A DNA stretch of 64,000 bases, taken from contig NC_090396.1 of the NCBI RefSeq assembly GCF_036365525.1, forward strand, positions 26,202,283 to 26,266,282, written 5' to 3'. A program made the translations under genes and the position numbers. Below, in pieces: positions 25,545 to 37,169 of this stretch. The notes beneath the pieces were generated by a model. It made no database searches and was not told where the DNA came from. It saw nothing but the letters and a program-made list of their open reading frames with translations. How positions within the stretch are numbered: position 1 is the stretch's first letter; each line of letters begins with the position of its first letter. The DNA comes from Heterodontus francisci (Eukaryota).

Positions 25545-26365
25545 ACTATTGCATGTAAGGTCCTGTTCGCCATCACCCCTGTCCTCGCCGACCTACCTTG
25601 GTTCCTGGTCCATTAATGCCTTAGAGTTAACCATTCATATCCTTGTGTTTAAATTCCTTCATGGCCTCAACACCTCAATAATTTTATAACCATCTGTCAC
25701 CCTACAACATCTGCTATGACCTTTCCATTTCGCTGACTCTAGTCTCTTGTGCATTCTCCACTTCATTCCATCATAGGTGGCTATGTCTTCACCAGGTTCA
25801 GTCTCACCCTCTGAAATTCCTTCCCTAAAATTCTCCACCTCCCCTTCTTCCTTTAAAATCCTTTTTGATTAATCCTTTTTTTTTATTTTTTTATTTTTTT
25901 TATTTAGAGATACAGCACAGAAACAGGCCCTTCGGCCCACCGAGTCTGTGCCGACCATCAACCACCCATATATACTAATCCTACACTAATTCCATATTCC
26001 TACCACATCCCCACCTGTCCCTATATTTCCCTACCACCTACCTATACTAGGGACAATTTATAATGGCCAATTTACCTATCAACCTGCAAGTCTTTGGCAT
26101 GTGGGAGGAAACCGGAGCACCCGGAGGAAACCCACACAGACACAGGGAGAACTTGCAAACTCCACACAGGCAGTACCCAGAATTGAACCCGGGTCGCTGG
26201 AGCTGTGAGGCTGCGGTGCTAATCACTGCGCCACTGTGCCGCCCCTTTGTTCATCTCCTCTGACATATTCTCTTTTAAGTCGGTATCCATTTGCCTGATT
26301 ACTTCTCTGATGAGCACTTTTGGATGCTTTGCTACATTAAAGGTCTATATAAATGCAAGTTTATA
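25545..26365 (+). mobile_element. L2-like LINE 3' end split by a SINE
   Basis: Homologous to 63420-63832, with tail CTACATTAAAGGT(C)TATATAAATGCAAGTT. Confidence 0.6.
25876..26244 (-). mobile_element. HE1-like tRNA-derived V-SINE (young, full length)
   Basis: tRNA-like head with A and B boxes (GGGTTCAATTC), V-domain-like core and CR1-like tail. Nearly identical to 42222-42576. Confidence 0.9.
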
Positions 26366-26730
26366 TTGAAGAGTGATTCTGGGCTGAACATGTACTGTCA
26401 TGTTGGATAATCTTCATTGCGATTCTCTAGAATCTGCTTCCATAAGATTATTTTGCAATGCAATTTGATTGTGGGTGGGAGGAGAATCTTTAACTTTTCA
26501 AGGTTCCTTGGAGCAGGATTCAAATTCCTGAGATTTATATTCACTGCTGAATGTTCCATGAAAAGGACAGTAAAACATGGGCTTGATTTTAAGCAGTAGT
26601 TGTAGAACTACAGATGGTTATAAAATTAGAGAAGCATTGAGGCTATGAAGGAATTTAAAAAACACAAGGATACTAATGGCTAACTTTGAGGAATTTGGAG
26701 TCCAGGAACCAATATAGGTCAGCGAGGACT

Positions 26731-27439
26731 GGCCTAAAATTGGCCCCTGGCTAGCATGCCGGTTGCCTGGTTCCATCCCACACCCAGACCATTTTTAGAG
26801 AGGCAGGGTGTGGGGGAGGGGGCGCAGTGCCAGCAGGGCTACCCGCCCGCATGCGATGGGTAGCTGACATGGCTCTTTAAGGGCAACTTAAGGCTAATGA
26901 AGGGAGGCTAACTGGGATTTTCCAGTCGGTCTCCAGGTTCCCGCAGGTGACGGGGACAGTTTAGGTGTCTGGAGGCAGCCTCCTGGCAGTAGACCGGAGG
27001 GGCCAGCACTCTAGGCGGGCCCAGAGGCCCTCCCTGCCTTCCTGGGTGCTGCAGCAGCCACAGGCTGCCCTGTAGAGGGACTGACCTCACCACGCAACAC
27101 CCCCCGCAACTCCACAGTGGTGGCCTGGTGGCAAAACATGTTTTTTAGTTTGAATTCAAAAGACGTTGGAGAGGGGGTGCCTTCATCTTGAAGTGCCCTG
27201 CCCATTTCTTACCTTCCATTGCAGATTGCTGCTCCTTTCTAGCTGGAAGGCCTCGGATTGGCCCTCCAGCTTCGAGAGCTGACCCGCCATCCTTAATTGG
27301 ACAGTGGGCCCACCCTCTGGCCATTAATTGGCTGCGCTGGGAAATATCACAAAGAGTGACTGTTTTTCTCAGGGCAAGTTTCTGATGTGCATTTCAACCT
27401 GATGGTGAGGTTCAGAAGCCTACAGGGAAAATCCTGCCC
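26731..27439. mobile_element. Harbinger-type MITE, third subfamily
   Basis: Right TIR AAAATCCTGCCC. Internal homology to 36984-37146 plus 45676-46156. Confidence 0.65.
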
Positions 27440-28334
27440 ATGATGCAAAATGTAATGAAGCATTGAAAGGACTAAAACTATTTGAGTCATGTCATGGTGC
27501 AGCACACAATATCATATTAATGACATCTTTCAGTCACTATGACCTGAGTCACTGATATTCTTTTCCTATAATCTCTTGGCCTTGCCAGTTTTGTTCTTGC
27601 TCTCAAAAGCCATCTAAAATCCATTTTTTGATTGGACTTTGAATCTCCCCCAACACTCCCACCACCTCCCAGTTTCTTCACGTCCTGTTTCCTTTTGCAA
27701 AGCATTCCTGAGGCACTCATCTACCTGATGAGAGCCGTATGTTAATGACATTCAGTAGTGGAGACAACTTTAGAGGCTGGGTTGCGGGGTGTCGGTGGGG
27801 GGGGGGGGCGGGCGGGGCGGTGGGGGGTTGGTGTGGCGGCGGTGGGAAATCGGACCGAGGTGCATCAGGTTTGATCCCCCCAACATGTTCCTGCCTCCAG
27901 GGGATTTCCCTCGAGGTGAGCTCCCTATGGCAGCAGTTGCCCACCTATCTGCAGCAGGGAGCCAATCAAGGTATTTAAAAGGGCAATTAGCCCTGATCCC
28001 TTCCGAGTAAAATAGAGAGGGCTAGGCTATTGAAGCTCCAAAAAGTAAGCTCTGTCATGGAGCTTCAGGCCTAGAGAATATCCGGCTGCAATTTTTGTAC
28101 ATTGCTACAGGCCTCTCAGTGGTAATGTCTGGATTTCCACCTCTGTTTCAAGGTCGTAGGTCCTGCTGAGGACAGATCTATGCCTGGGACTTTTAGGCCA
28201 GACTAGTGAACTGAGCATGCAAGAATTGAAGGTTTCACATCAGGTGCCCTTCTCCTGTTTGTGCTCGGCTGAGTGAGAGGGAGAGTAATATCGCTGCACA
28301 CAATGACCAGAGCAATCCTTCCTACATTCTAAAG

Positions 28335-28690
28335 AACAAAGAACTGCATTTATATAGTGCCTTTCATGACCTCAGGATGTCTTAAAGATCTTTACAAACA
28401 GCAGTGAGATAATGAACAGATAATCCATTTGAAGTGATGATGGCTGAGGGATAAATATTAGCCAGGCCATCCAAAGAATTCCCCTGCTCTTCAAATAGTG
28501 CCATGGGATCTTGTATATTGACCTAAGAACAGAGATGAGGCCTCAGTTTAATATATCAGCCAGAAAATAGCAATGTAGCTTTACTAAAGTGCCCACCCAG
28601 ATTATGTTCTTAAATCTCTGGAGCAGGGTTTCAACCCATGATTTTCAGACTGAGAGGTGAGAGTATTACCACTGAGCCAATGTTGGCACC
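28335..28690 (-). mobile_element. SacSINE1/Deu-like SINE
   Basis: Reverse-complement homology to 61375-61790, with tail TGCATTTATATAGTGCCTTTCA. Confidence 0.7.
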
Positions 28691-29004
28691 TGACTTCAAG
28701 ATCCTGTTAAAGTACTAGACCGAAACACCTGACTTGCGTCTGTAGAATAAAGTAAGTCACTCAGCCTTGATTTTAACAGCCCTTGCCTGGAGAAACTGCT
28801 TCCCCCCACTCCCCATCTCCAAAAGCCCCTCCCCAAACACTGACTGCCGGTGACCATCCCCAAGATCCCACAGATCCTCGGCTGTGACCTCTTCCACAAG
28901 ATGCCCACTCCCTCCCACTGGTGTGGGGCTGGACTCTGGAAAGGTTCATTCAAATGATCTATAAGATCGGCCGGGCCTCCACGTCCCCAGCCTTGACGTG
29001 TTCA

Positions 29005-29381
29005 TCATAGAAACATCGAAAATAGGAGCAGGAGTAGGCCATTTGGCCCTTGGAGCCTGCTCCGCCATTCATTAGGATCATGGCTGATCATCCAACTCAG
29101 TAACCTGTTCCCGCTTTTGCCCCATATCCTTTGATCCCTTTAAACCCAAGAGCTATATCTAACTCCTTCTTGAAAACATACAATGTTTTGGCCTCAACTG
29201 CTTTCTGTGGTAGTGAATTCCACAGGTTCACCACTGTCTGGGTGAAGAGATTTCTCCTCATCTCAGTCCTGAAACCCTATATCCTTAGACAATGACCCCT
29301 GGTTCTGGACTCCCCCACCATTGGGAACATCCTTACTGCATCTACCCTGTCAAGTAATTTTAGAATTTTATAGGTTTCTAG
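29005..29381 (-). mobile_element. CR1 3' fragment
   Basis: Tail CATAGAAA..AATAGGAGCAGGAGTAGGCCA. Homologous to 62537-63040. Confidence 0.85.
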
Positions 29382-31530
29382 GTCAGGATGATGTGTGGTT
29401 TGGAGAGGTGGTGGTTTTCTCATGCATCTGTTGTCCTTGTCCTTCTAGATGTTTGAAGTCATGGGTTTGGAAGGTGCTGTCCAAGGAACCTTGGTGAGTT
29501 GTTGCAGTGCATCTTGTAGATGGTACACACTGCTGCCACTGTGCGTCGGTGGTGGAGGGAGTGAATGTTTGTGGATGGGGTGACAATCAAGCGGGCTGCT
29601 TTGTTCTGAATGGTGTCAAGCTTCTTGAGTGTTGTTGGAGCTGCACCCTTCCAGGCAAGTGGAGAGTATTCCATCACACTCTGGATTTTTGCCTTACAGA
29701 TGGTGGACAGGCTTTGGGGAATCAAGAGGTGAGTTATTCACCACAGAATTCCTAACCTCTGACCTGTCCTTGTAGCCACGGTATTTATATGACTACTCCA
29801 GTTTCTGGTCAATGGTAACCCCCAGGATGTTGATAGTGGGGGATTCTGCAGTCATAATGCCATTGAATGTCAAGGGGAGATGGTTAGATTCTCTCTTGTT
29901 GGAGATGGTCATTGCCTGGCACTTGTGTGGCGCAAATGTTACTTGCCACTTATCAACCCAAGCCTGGATATTGTCCAGGTCTTGCTGCATTTCTACATGG
30001 ACTGCTTTAGTTCTGAGGAGTCGCGAATGGTGCTGAACATTGTGCAATCATCCGCGAACATCCCCACTTCTGACCTTATGATTGAAGGAAGGTCATTGAT
30101 GAAGCAGCTGAAGATGGTTGGGCCTAGGACACTACCCTGAGGAACTCCTGCAGTGATGTCCTGAAGCTGAAGCTCCAACAACCACAACCATCTTCCTTTG
30201 TGCTAGAGATAACTCCAATCATCGGAGAGTTTTCCCCCTGATTCCCATTGACTCCAGTTTTGCTGGGGCTCCTTGATGCCATACTCTGTCAAATGCTGCC
30301 TTGATGTCAAGGGCAGTCACTCTCACCTCACCTCTTGAGGTCAGCTCTTTTGTCCATGTTTGAACCAAGGCTGTAATGAGGTCTGGAGCAGAGTGGCCCT
30401 GGAAGAACCCAAGCTGAGCCTCACTGAGCAGGTTATTGCTAAATAAGTGTCGCTTGAAAACACTCTTGACAACACCTTCTATTACTTTACTGATGATTGA
30501 GAGTAAACTGTTGGGGCGGTAATTGGCCAGGTTGGATTTGTCCTGCTTATTGTGTACAGGACATACCTGGGCAATTTTCCACATTGCAGGGTAGATGCCA
30601 GTGTTGTAGCTGTACTGGAACAGCTTGGCTAGGGGCGCGGCAAGTTCTGGAGCACAGGTCTTCAGTACTATTGCTGGAATGTTGTCAGGGCCAATAGTCT
30701 TTGCAGTATCCAGTGCCTTCCGGTGTTTCTTGATATCACACCGAGTGAAACGAATTGGCTGAAGTCTGGCATCTGTGATGCTGGGGACTTCAGGAGGAGG
30801 CCGAGATGGATCATCAACCCGGCACTTCTGGCTGAAAATTGTTGCAAATGCTTCTGCCTTATCTTTCGCACTGATGTTCTGGGCTCCCCCATCATTGAGG
30901 ATGGGGATATTTGTGGAGCCACCTCCTCCTGTTAGTTGTTTAATTGCCCACCACCATTCACGGCTGGATGTGGTAGGACTGCAGAGCTTAGATCGGATAC
31001 GTTGGTTATGGGATTGCTTATCTCTGTCTATCACATGCTGCTTACGCAGTTTGGCATGCAAGTAGTCCTGGGTTGTAGCTTCACCAGGCTGACACCTCAT
31101 TTTGAGGTATGCCTGGTGCTACTTCTGGCATGCCCTCCTGCACTCTTCATTGAAGTAGGATTGACCCCCCTGGCTTGATGGTAATGGTAGATGGGGGATA
31201 TGCCGGGCCATGAGGTTACAGATTGTGGTTGAGTACAATTCTGCTGCTGCTGATGGCCCACAGCGCCTCCTGGATGCCCAGCGTTGCATTGCTAGATCTG
31301 TTCAAAATCTATCCCAATTAGCACCGTGGTAGTGCCACAAAACACGATGGAAGGTATCCTCAATGTGAAGATGGGATTTTGTCTCCACAAGACTGTACGG
31401 TGGTCACTCCTACCAATACTGTTTTGGACAGACGCATCTGCGGTAGGAAGATTGGTGAGGACAAGGTCAAGTATATTTTTCCCTCTTGTTGCCCAGTCTA
31501 GCAGTTATGTCCTTTCGAACTCGGCCAGCT
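29382..31530 (-). mobile_element. CR1-group LINE family 2, long decayed RT fragment
   Basis: ORF 30219-31100 (GPDNIP, NYRP, LDIKAAFDRVWH), plus GVPQGSVLGP and MFADD at 29993-30187. Contains frameshifts. Confidence 0.9.
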
Positions 31531-31715
31531 CTGTCAATAGTGGTAAATCTGTCTACAGGAAGTTTTTTTCCATGTCTGAAGTGATTTGATTTCAGTTGTT
31601 GTGCAGTTTATTTTACGCTAAGGCTGCAAACAAATGAACTGCTTCATTTACAATAAAAACACAAAGTGCTGGAAATACTCAGCAGGTCAGGCAGCATCTG
31701 TGGAGAGAGAAGCAG

Positions 31716-31752
31716 AATTAACGTTCCAGGTCTGTGACAATTCATCAGAACT
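31716..31752 (-). ncRNA. Minimal hammerhead ribozyme motif (degenerate)
   Basis: Minus strand reads AGTT-CTGATGA-attgtcacagacct-GGAACGTT-AATT. Confidence 0.55.
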
Positions 31753-33873
31753 GGCAAAGGTTAGAAAAGAATTGGGTTTTCAGCAAGTGAAGGCAGGGGC
31801 GGGGGAGGTTTGGTGGGGAAGAGAACAAAAGGAAAGGTGTGTGATAGGGCAGAGGGCAGGAGAGATTAAATAACAAAGCTGTCCTGGGACAAAGGCAAAG
31901 AGTGTGTTAAAGCTTATGGTGAAAGACAAAGCATTGGTCCAGAGAAAGTGTTAATAGCAGAATAATGAGCAGCTCTGACTACATGAAAAGCAGGCGCATG
32001 GTTAAAAAATCAAATGAAATAAAATTTAAAAATATAAAAATATTTTTTAAAAACCAGTCATGCTCTAAAATTATTGAACTCAATGTTCAGTCCACAAGGC
32101 TGTAGAGTGCCTAATCGAAAGATCAGGTGCTGCTCCTCGAGCTTGCATTGATGTTCGCTGGAATACTGGAGTAGGCTAAGGGCAGAAATGTGGGCGTGAA
32201 AGCAGGGGGGAGTTTTGAAATGGCAAGCAACTGGAAGCTCGGGGTCATGCTTTCGGACTGAGCAGATGTGTTCTGCAAATCGGTCACCCAATCTGTGTTT
32301 GGTCTCCCCACTGTAGAGGCGACAGCATTGTGAGCAGCGAATAGAGTACACTACATTGAAAGAAGTACATTCAAATCACTGCTTCACCTAGAAGGAGTTT
32401 TTGAGACCTTGGATGGTGAGGAGAGCAGAGGGAAAAGGGCAGATATTACATCTGCTATGATTGCATGGGAAGGTGCTGTGGGAAGGGGACAAGGTGTCGG
32501 GGGTGATGGAGGAGTGGACCAGGGTGTTGCAGAAGGAACGATCCCTTCGGAATGCTGAAGGGAGGGAGGGGAAGATGTGTTTGGTGGTGGTGTCACGCTG
32601 GAGGTGGCGGAAATGGCGGAGGATGATCCTTTGGATGTGGAGGCTGGTGGAGTGGAAAGTGAGGACAAGGGAACCCTGTCGCAGTTTTGGGAAGGAAGGG
32701 AAGGGGTGAGGGCAGAAGTGCGGGAAATGGGATGGACACGTTTGAGGGCCCTGTCAACCACAGTGCAGGGAATCCTCGGTTGAGGAAAAAGGAAGACATA
32801 TCAGAAGCACTGTCATGGAAGGTTGCATCATCAGAGCAGATGCATCGGAGATGGAGAAACTGGGAGAATGGAATGGAGTCCTTACAGGAAACAGGGTGTG
32901 AGGAAGTGTAGTCAAGGTAGCTGTGGGAGTCGGTGGGCTTGTAATGAATATTAGTAGACAGCCTATCCCCAGAGATGGAGACAGAGAAGTCGAGGAAGGG
33001 AAGGGAAGTGTTGGCAATAGACCACATAAAGGTGAAAGAAGGGTGGAAATTGGAAGCAAAGTTGATTGATGTTTTCCAGTCCAGGGCGAGAGGAGGAAAC
33101 AGCACCGATACAGTCATCAGTGTGCTGGAAAAAGAGGTGAGGAAAGTGCCCTGAGTAGGATTGGAACAAGGAATGTTCGACATATCCCACAAGAAGACAG
33201 GCATAACTAGGACCCATGCTGGTACCCATAGCAGCACCTTTTATTTGATGGAAATGAGTGGAGTTGAAGGAGTAGTTGTTCAATGTGAGAACAAGTTCAG
33301 CCAGGCGGAGGAGGGTGGCGGTGGATGGTGACTGGTTGGGCCTCTGTTCAAGGAATAAATGGAGAGCCCTCAGACCGTCCTGGTGGGGGATTGAGGAGTA
33401 GATAGATTGGTCACCCATAGTGAAGAGGAGGGGGTTAAGGCCAGGAAACTGTACTTCCTTCGATTTAGCATACTGTATTCGCTGCTCACAATTCAGCCGC
33501 CTCTACATTGGGGAGACCAAACGCAGATTGGGTAACCGCTTTGCGGAACACCTCCGCTCAGTCCGAAAGCATGACCCCAAGCTTCTGGTCGCTTGCCATT
33601 TCATTATTTTTTTATTTTATTTTTTCACCATGTTTCTGTTTTTCATGTAGGCAGAGCTGCTCATTATTCTATTAACACTTTCTCTGGACTAATGCTTTTT
33701 CTTTCACCACAAGCATGAACACACTCTTTGCCTTTGTCCCAGGACAGTTTTGTTATTTCATCTCTCCTGCCCTCTGCCCTATCACACAGCTTCCCTTTTG
33801 TTCTCTTCCCCACCAAACCTCCGTCCCGCCCCCCTTCACTTGCTTAAAACCTAATTCTTTTCAAACCTTTGCC

Positions 33874-33905
33874 AGTTCTGATGAAATGTCACAGAAACAT
33901 TAACT
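33874..33905 (+). ncRNA. Minimal hammerhead ribozyme motif (stem II partly deleted)
   Basis: AGTT-CTGATGA-aatgtcaca-GAAACATT-AACT. Confidence 0.55.
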
Positions 33906-34828
33906 CTGCTTCTCTCTCCACAGATGTTGCCTGATCTGCTGAGTATTTCCAGGACTTTGTTTTTATTTTGGATTTCTAGCATCTGCAGTATTTTTCTTTT
34001 TTGCTTCATTTACAAAATGATTGATGCATTCGTTAAACACTACAGTAACCCTTTAGTAATGGTGCAAATTCCAATATTAGCCAATCAACTTGATGCATCT
34101 CGTGCTTGCTTCATTTTTATGTATTGGTTTACAATTGGAGTGGGTTTGACTGAGACTCTAGATAGGACTGTGAGTGAATGCAACTACTTTATTAGATATA
34201 TGTTTTCTGTTTATTTAGTGTGTAAAATTTTACTGGAGAGAGTCAGAACTGTTAATTTTTTAAACATAAACCACCTAATTGAATCCCACTCTCCTGTTCT
34301 TCTATTTAATTCCCTTTTGAAAGAATGAATGAAGTTGGATCCAGTGTGTGGCAGAGAATACCAGAATACATGGAGTGTTGACCAACCTGCACTGTCACTA
34401 TCTACACAGTGAGAGGAACAATTCATGCAAGGAAACTTGTGAAACATCTGTTCACTGACATTATTAAAACAAGGTTTAAAAAAAAGCTGGAAAGAATTTA
34501 TGCTAATATCCTTTTTAAATCTTTCAGTGATTATCTTAAACATGCCTCCTTGATATCATTTTGCTGACCAGTGGAGTAAACCTATCTTCATCTTGAAGAT
34601 TTCAGCAGGTCACCTCTATCACCTCCCTTAACCTAGTGAGGAAAGCTATAAGTTTACAAGTTAATCTTGGTAACTGTAAGCCTGATCTTTGATAAAACCT
34701 TATTGAATCTGCACTGCATCTTTTACACTTCGCATTTGAGAAGCCCAAAACTAGCCTCCAACAGTGGCCCAATGAACATCTTGCACAAGCTGTACATCGC
34801 CTCTTTCCTTATGGGGGGGGGGGGGGGG

Positions 34829-35225
34829 TCGAGACAGTGACACAGTGGTAATATCACTGGACTAGTAACCCGGAGGCCCAGGCTAATGCCCTGGGGACTT
34901 GGGTTCAAATCCCACCATAGCAGCTGGTGGCATTTAAACTTAATTAATAAAAATCTGGAATTGAAAGCTAGTCTCTGTAATGCTGCCCTGAAACTATCAT
35001 TGATTATCATAAAAACCCATTTGATTCACTAATGTCCTTTAGGGAAGGAAATCTGCTGTCCTTACCTAGTCTGGCCTACATCTGATTCCAGACCCACAGC
35101 AATGTGATTGACTCTTAACTGCCCTCGAAAATGGCCTAGCAAGCCACTCAGTTGTCAAGGGCAATTACGGATGGGCAAAAATTCTGGCCGAGTTCAGTGA
35201 CACCCACATCCCATGAAAGAATGTT
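34829..35225 (+). mobile_element. tRNA-derived SINE with a LINE family 2 tail
   Basis: A-box-like CAGTGGTAAT and B box GGGTTCAAATCCC. The 3' end matches the reverse complement of 15850-15915. Confidence 0.75.
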
Positions 35226-36459
35226 TTTAAAAAGTAATTATATTTCTAGATACAAAATTAAGGATCTGCACATCAAGGTCCCTCTGTTGCCCCATTACCA
35301 TTTAAGGCATATGTACTTTCCCACTCTTACTTTAATGATGATTTAGCCAAATAATTGTAGCAAACTCAGTACAATAATGAGATTTTAATTCTTTTCTTTT
35401 AATTAAAATGTCTATGATGGTTTAGGTATCACAACAACTTACATTTATGAATTGTCTGATCAGATAGCGATGCAGGACTGCCAATTCCACATCACTATAA
35501 CCCCAGTATCAAACAAGTATCTGTAGCATTATCAGTGCCCTTTCAGTCTTATGCTTTGATCCTCATTATGTTATACTCACACAAACATTCATTTCAGTAA
35601 TGTTCATTTCAGCTTGTTGATGTGCTGGCTTTGATGTTGTCTATGTAATGAGTGACTTTACATTCTGGAGAAGTTGAATGGTATAAGTAACTGGCAAAAT
35701 GCCCAGGCTGACTTGATCTGGTTCTTCAAAAGGCAATGCTGAAAATGAGTGTGATCTTTCTTTTCTGACGATGATCATTTTGATTCTTGGAACAGTCCTC
35801 CCCAGCTGCTTTTTGGAACAGCGAAGTTTCTGCCCACGTTTGATGATGACTAAACCATGTTAAATCTTAGCAATTGTGGCAGTGCCGTTTAGTATCAGTA
35901 TTCAGCTCTATCAGCTCCCAGTAAGTTCAAACTGGCCTATGCCATGTCAAGGCAAACACTTTCTAATGCAATATGTAGCATGTGTGGTCACCTTCGCCTT
36001 TTCATATCAATTGGCAGCCTTTATTGTCAATGTAATGTCTCTTGCCCAAAGACTTCCAATAGCTCGTTGGTACTTAGTGTTAAAATAGGTCTCTTGTTGA
36101 ATATGTGAATGTCTCTCTCTGCGGACTGCCCTCTCTGTAATGCAGTAGTCATCTGAAAGAAGCTAGCATTTGGGGTAAAATGTTTTGCTTCCATTTGATT
36201 GTGTGGGCAGCAATGTGTTTTTCATTTGCTCTGAAATTCTTCATCCATATTTACAGTGCACATTGTTTATTGGGTGTTTGATTTTATGAGGAATATCTTT
36301 TGCACTGGTTCTGATTATTGTCTTTACAAACTCATTCTTCAATGGCTTATGACCCTGTTGTGAGACCTCACCTACACGTTGAGCTTCATTCAGTCTTTGT
36401 ACATTTAGCAAAACTAGACATGAATAAGATCAGAAAAAGGCAGGACTGAGGGGCAAGTG

Positions 36460-36560
36460 AAATAAAAACAAAAAGTTCTGGAAATACTCAGCAGGTCTGG
36501 CAGCACCTGTAGACAGTGAAGCAGAGTTAATGTGTCAGGTCTGTGAGCTTTCATCAGAAT
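36460..36560 (-). mobile_element. PLE terminal remnant with a degenerate hammerhead motif
   Basis: Homologous to 31654-31752, with 13-bp TSD TGAGGGGCAAGTG. Confidence 0.8.
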
Positions 36561-37169
36561 TGAGGGGCAAGTGGTTTGATTACTGTCCCTTCACTAATGG
36601 TTTTTGAATTCTAGAATCCACCCGAGCCGATGGACAAAAGTTTCCCAATTTATGTTCCTGTTTCATCCCCACCAGATCATTTTTAAGAAGGCAATGCCGT
36701 CCTGGATCGATTATCTTAGCTTGCTGATGGTTTGGATCTCAACAGGTGTGTTGCCTGGGAACTCTTCCAAATGTGTCACCTTGACATGGGGGGAGAGGAG
36801 GGTGGAAGATTTGCCCATGTCTCTTCCAACAGGAAAATGACTCTCTAAAATATGGCATAGAATTCTGGCATAAGAAGATACCACCCTTAGTTTCAGGAGT
36901 TCTGCCGGGAATCTGCCTTGATCCCGGTCAGTATTTTGGGGTCCAAATCATTTTCTGTTGTTTTCCGACATTCTGGAAAGTTGGGGCAGGATTTTTCCCC
37001 CGATATGGGGGTGGGAATGGAGGCAGGCAGGGGAGTAGTGTCGCAGTGCCGGCCAGTGTGCTGGTTTGCTAGCACCATCCCGCCCCTGGGTAATTTTTCC
37101 GGAGGTCGAATCTAGGGAGGAATGGCTACCCACCTGCAAGCGGCGCTGTTTAAGATAATTTAAGCAAAG

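Larger units (their letters stand above)
31654..34001 (-). mobile_element. Penelope-like retroelement with inverted terminal segment
   Basis: RT motif GAAMGTSMGPSYA and GIY-YIG motif YSIRC..LYSGET..RF.EH (32058-32351). An inverted second EN/3' segment lies at about 33450-34001. 14-bp TSD TGCTTCATTTACAA. Confidence 0.92.

Noticed and set aside
25876-26244. tRNA gene
   Set aside because: The A/B boxes belong to a SINE head with three copies in the window, and there is no complete cloverleaf.
34813-34828. Poly-G/poly-C runs (also near 890-930 and 27797-27830) as functional elements
   Set aside because: They are homopolymers at repeat junctions or within MITE loops, and their lengths are prone to sequencing error.
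35640-36420. Possible decayed coding sequence on the - strand
   Set aside because: Only short open stretches with no motif I can identify. A translated search would be needed.
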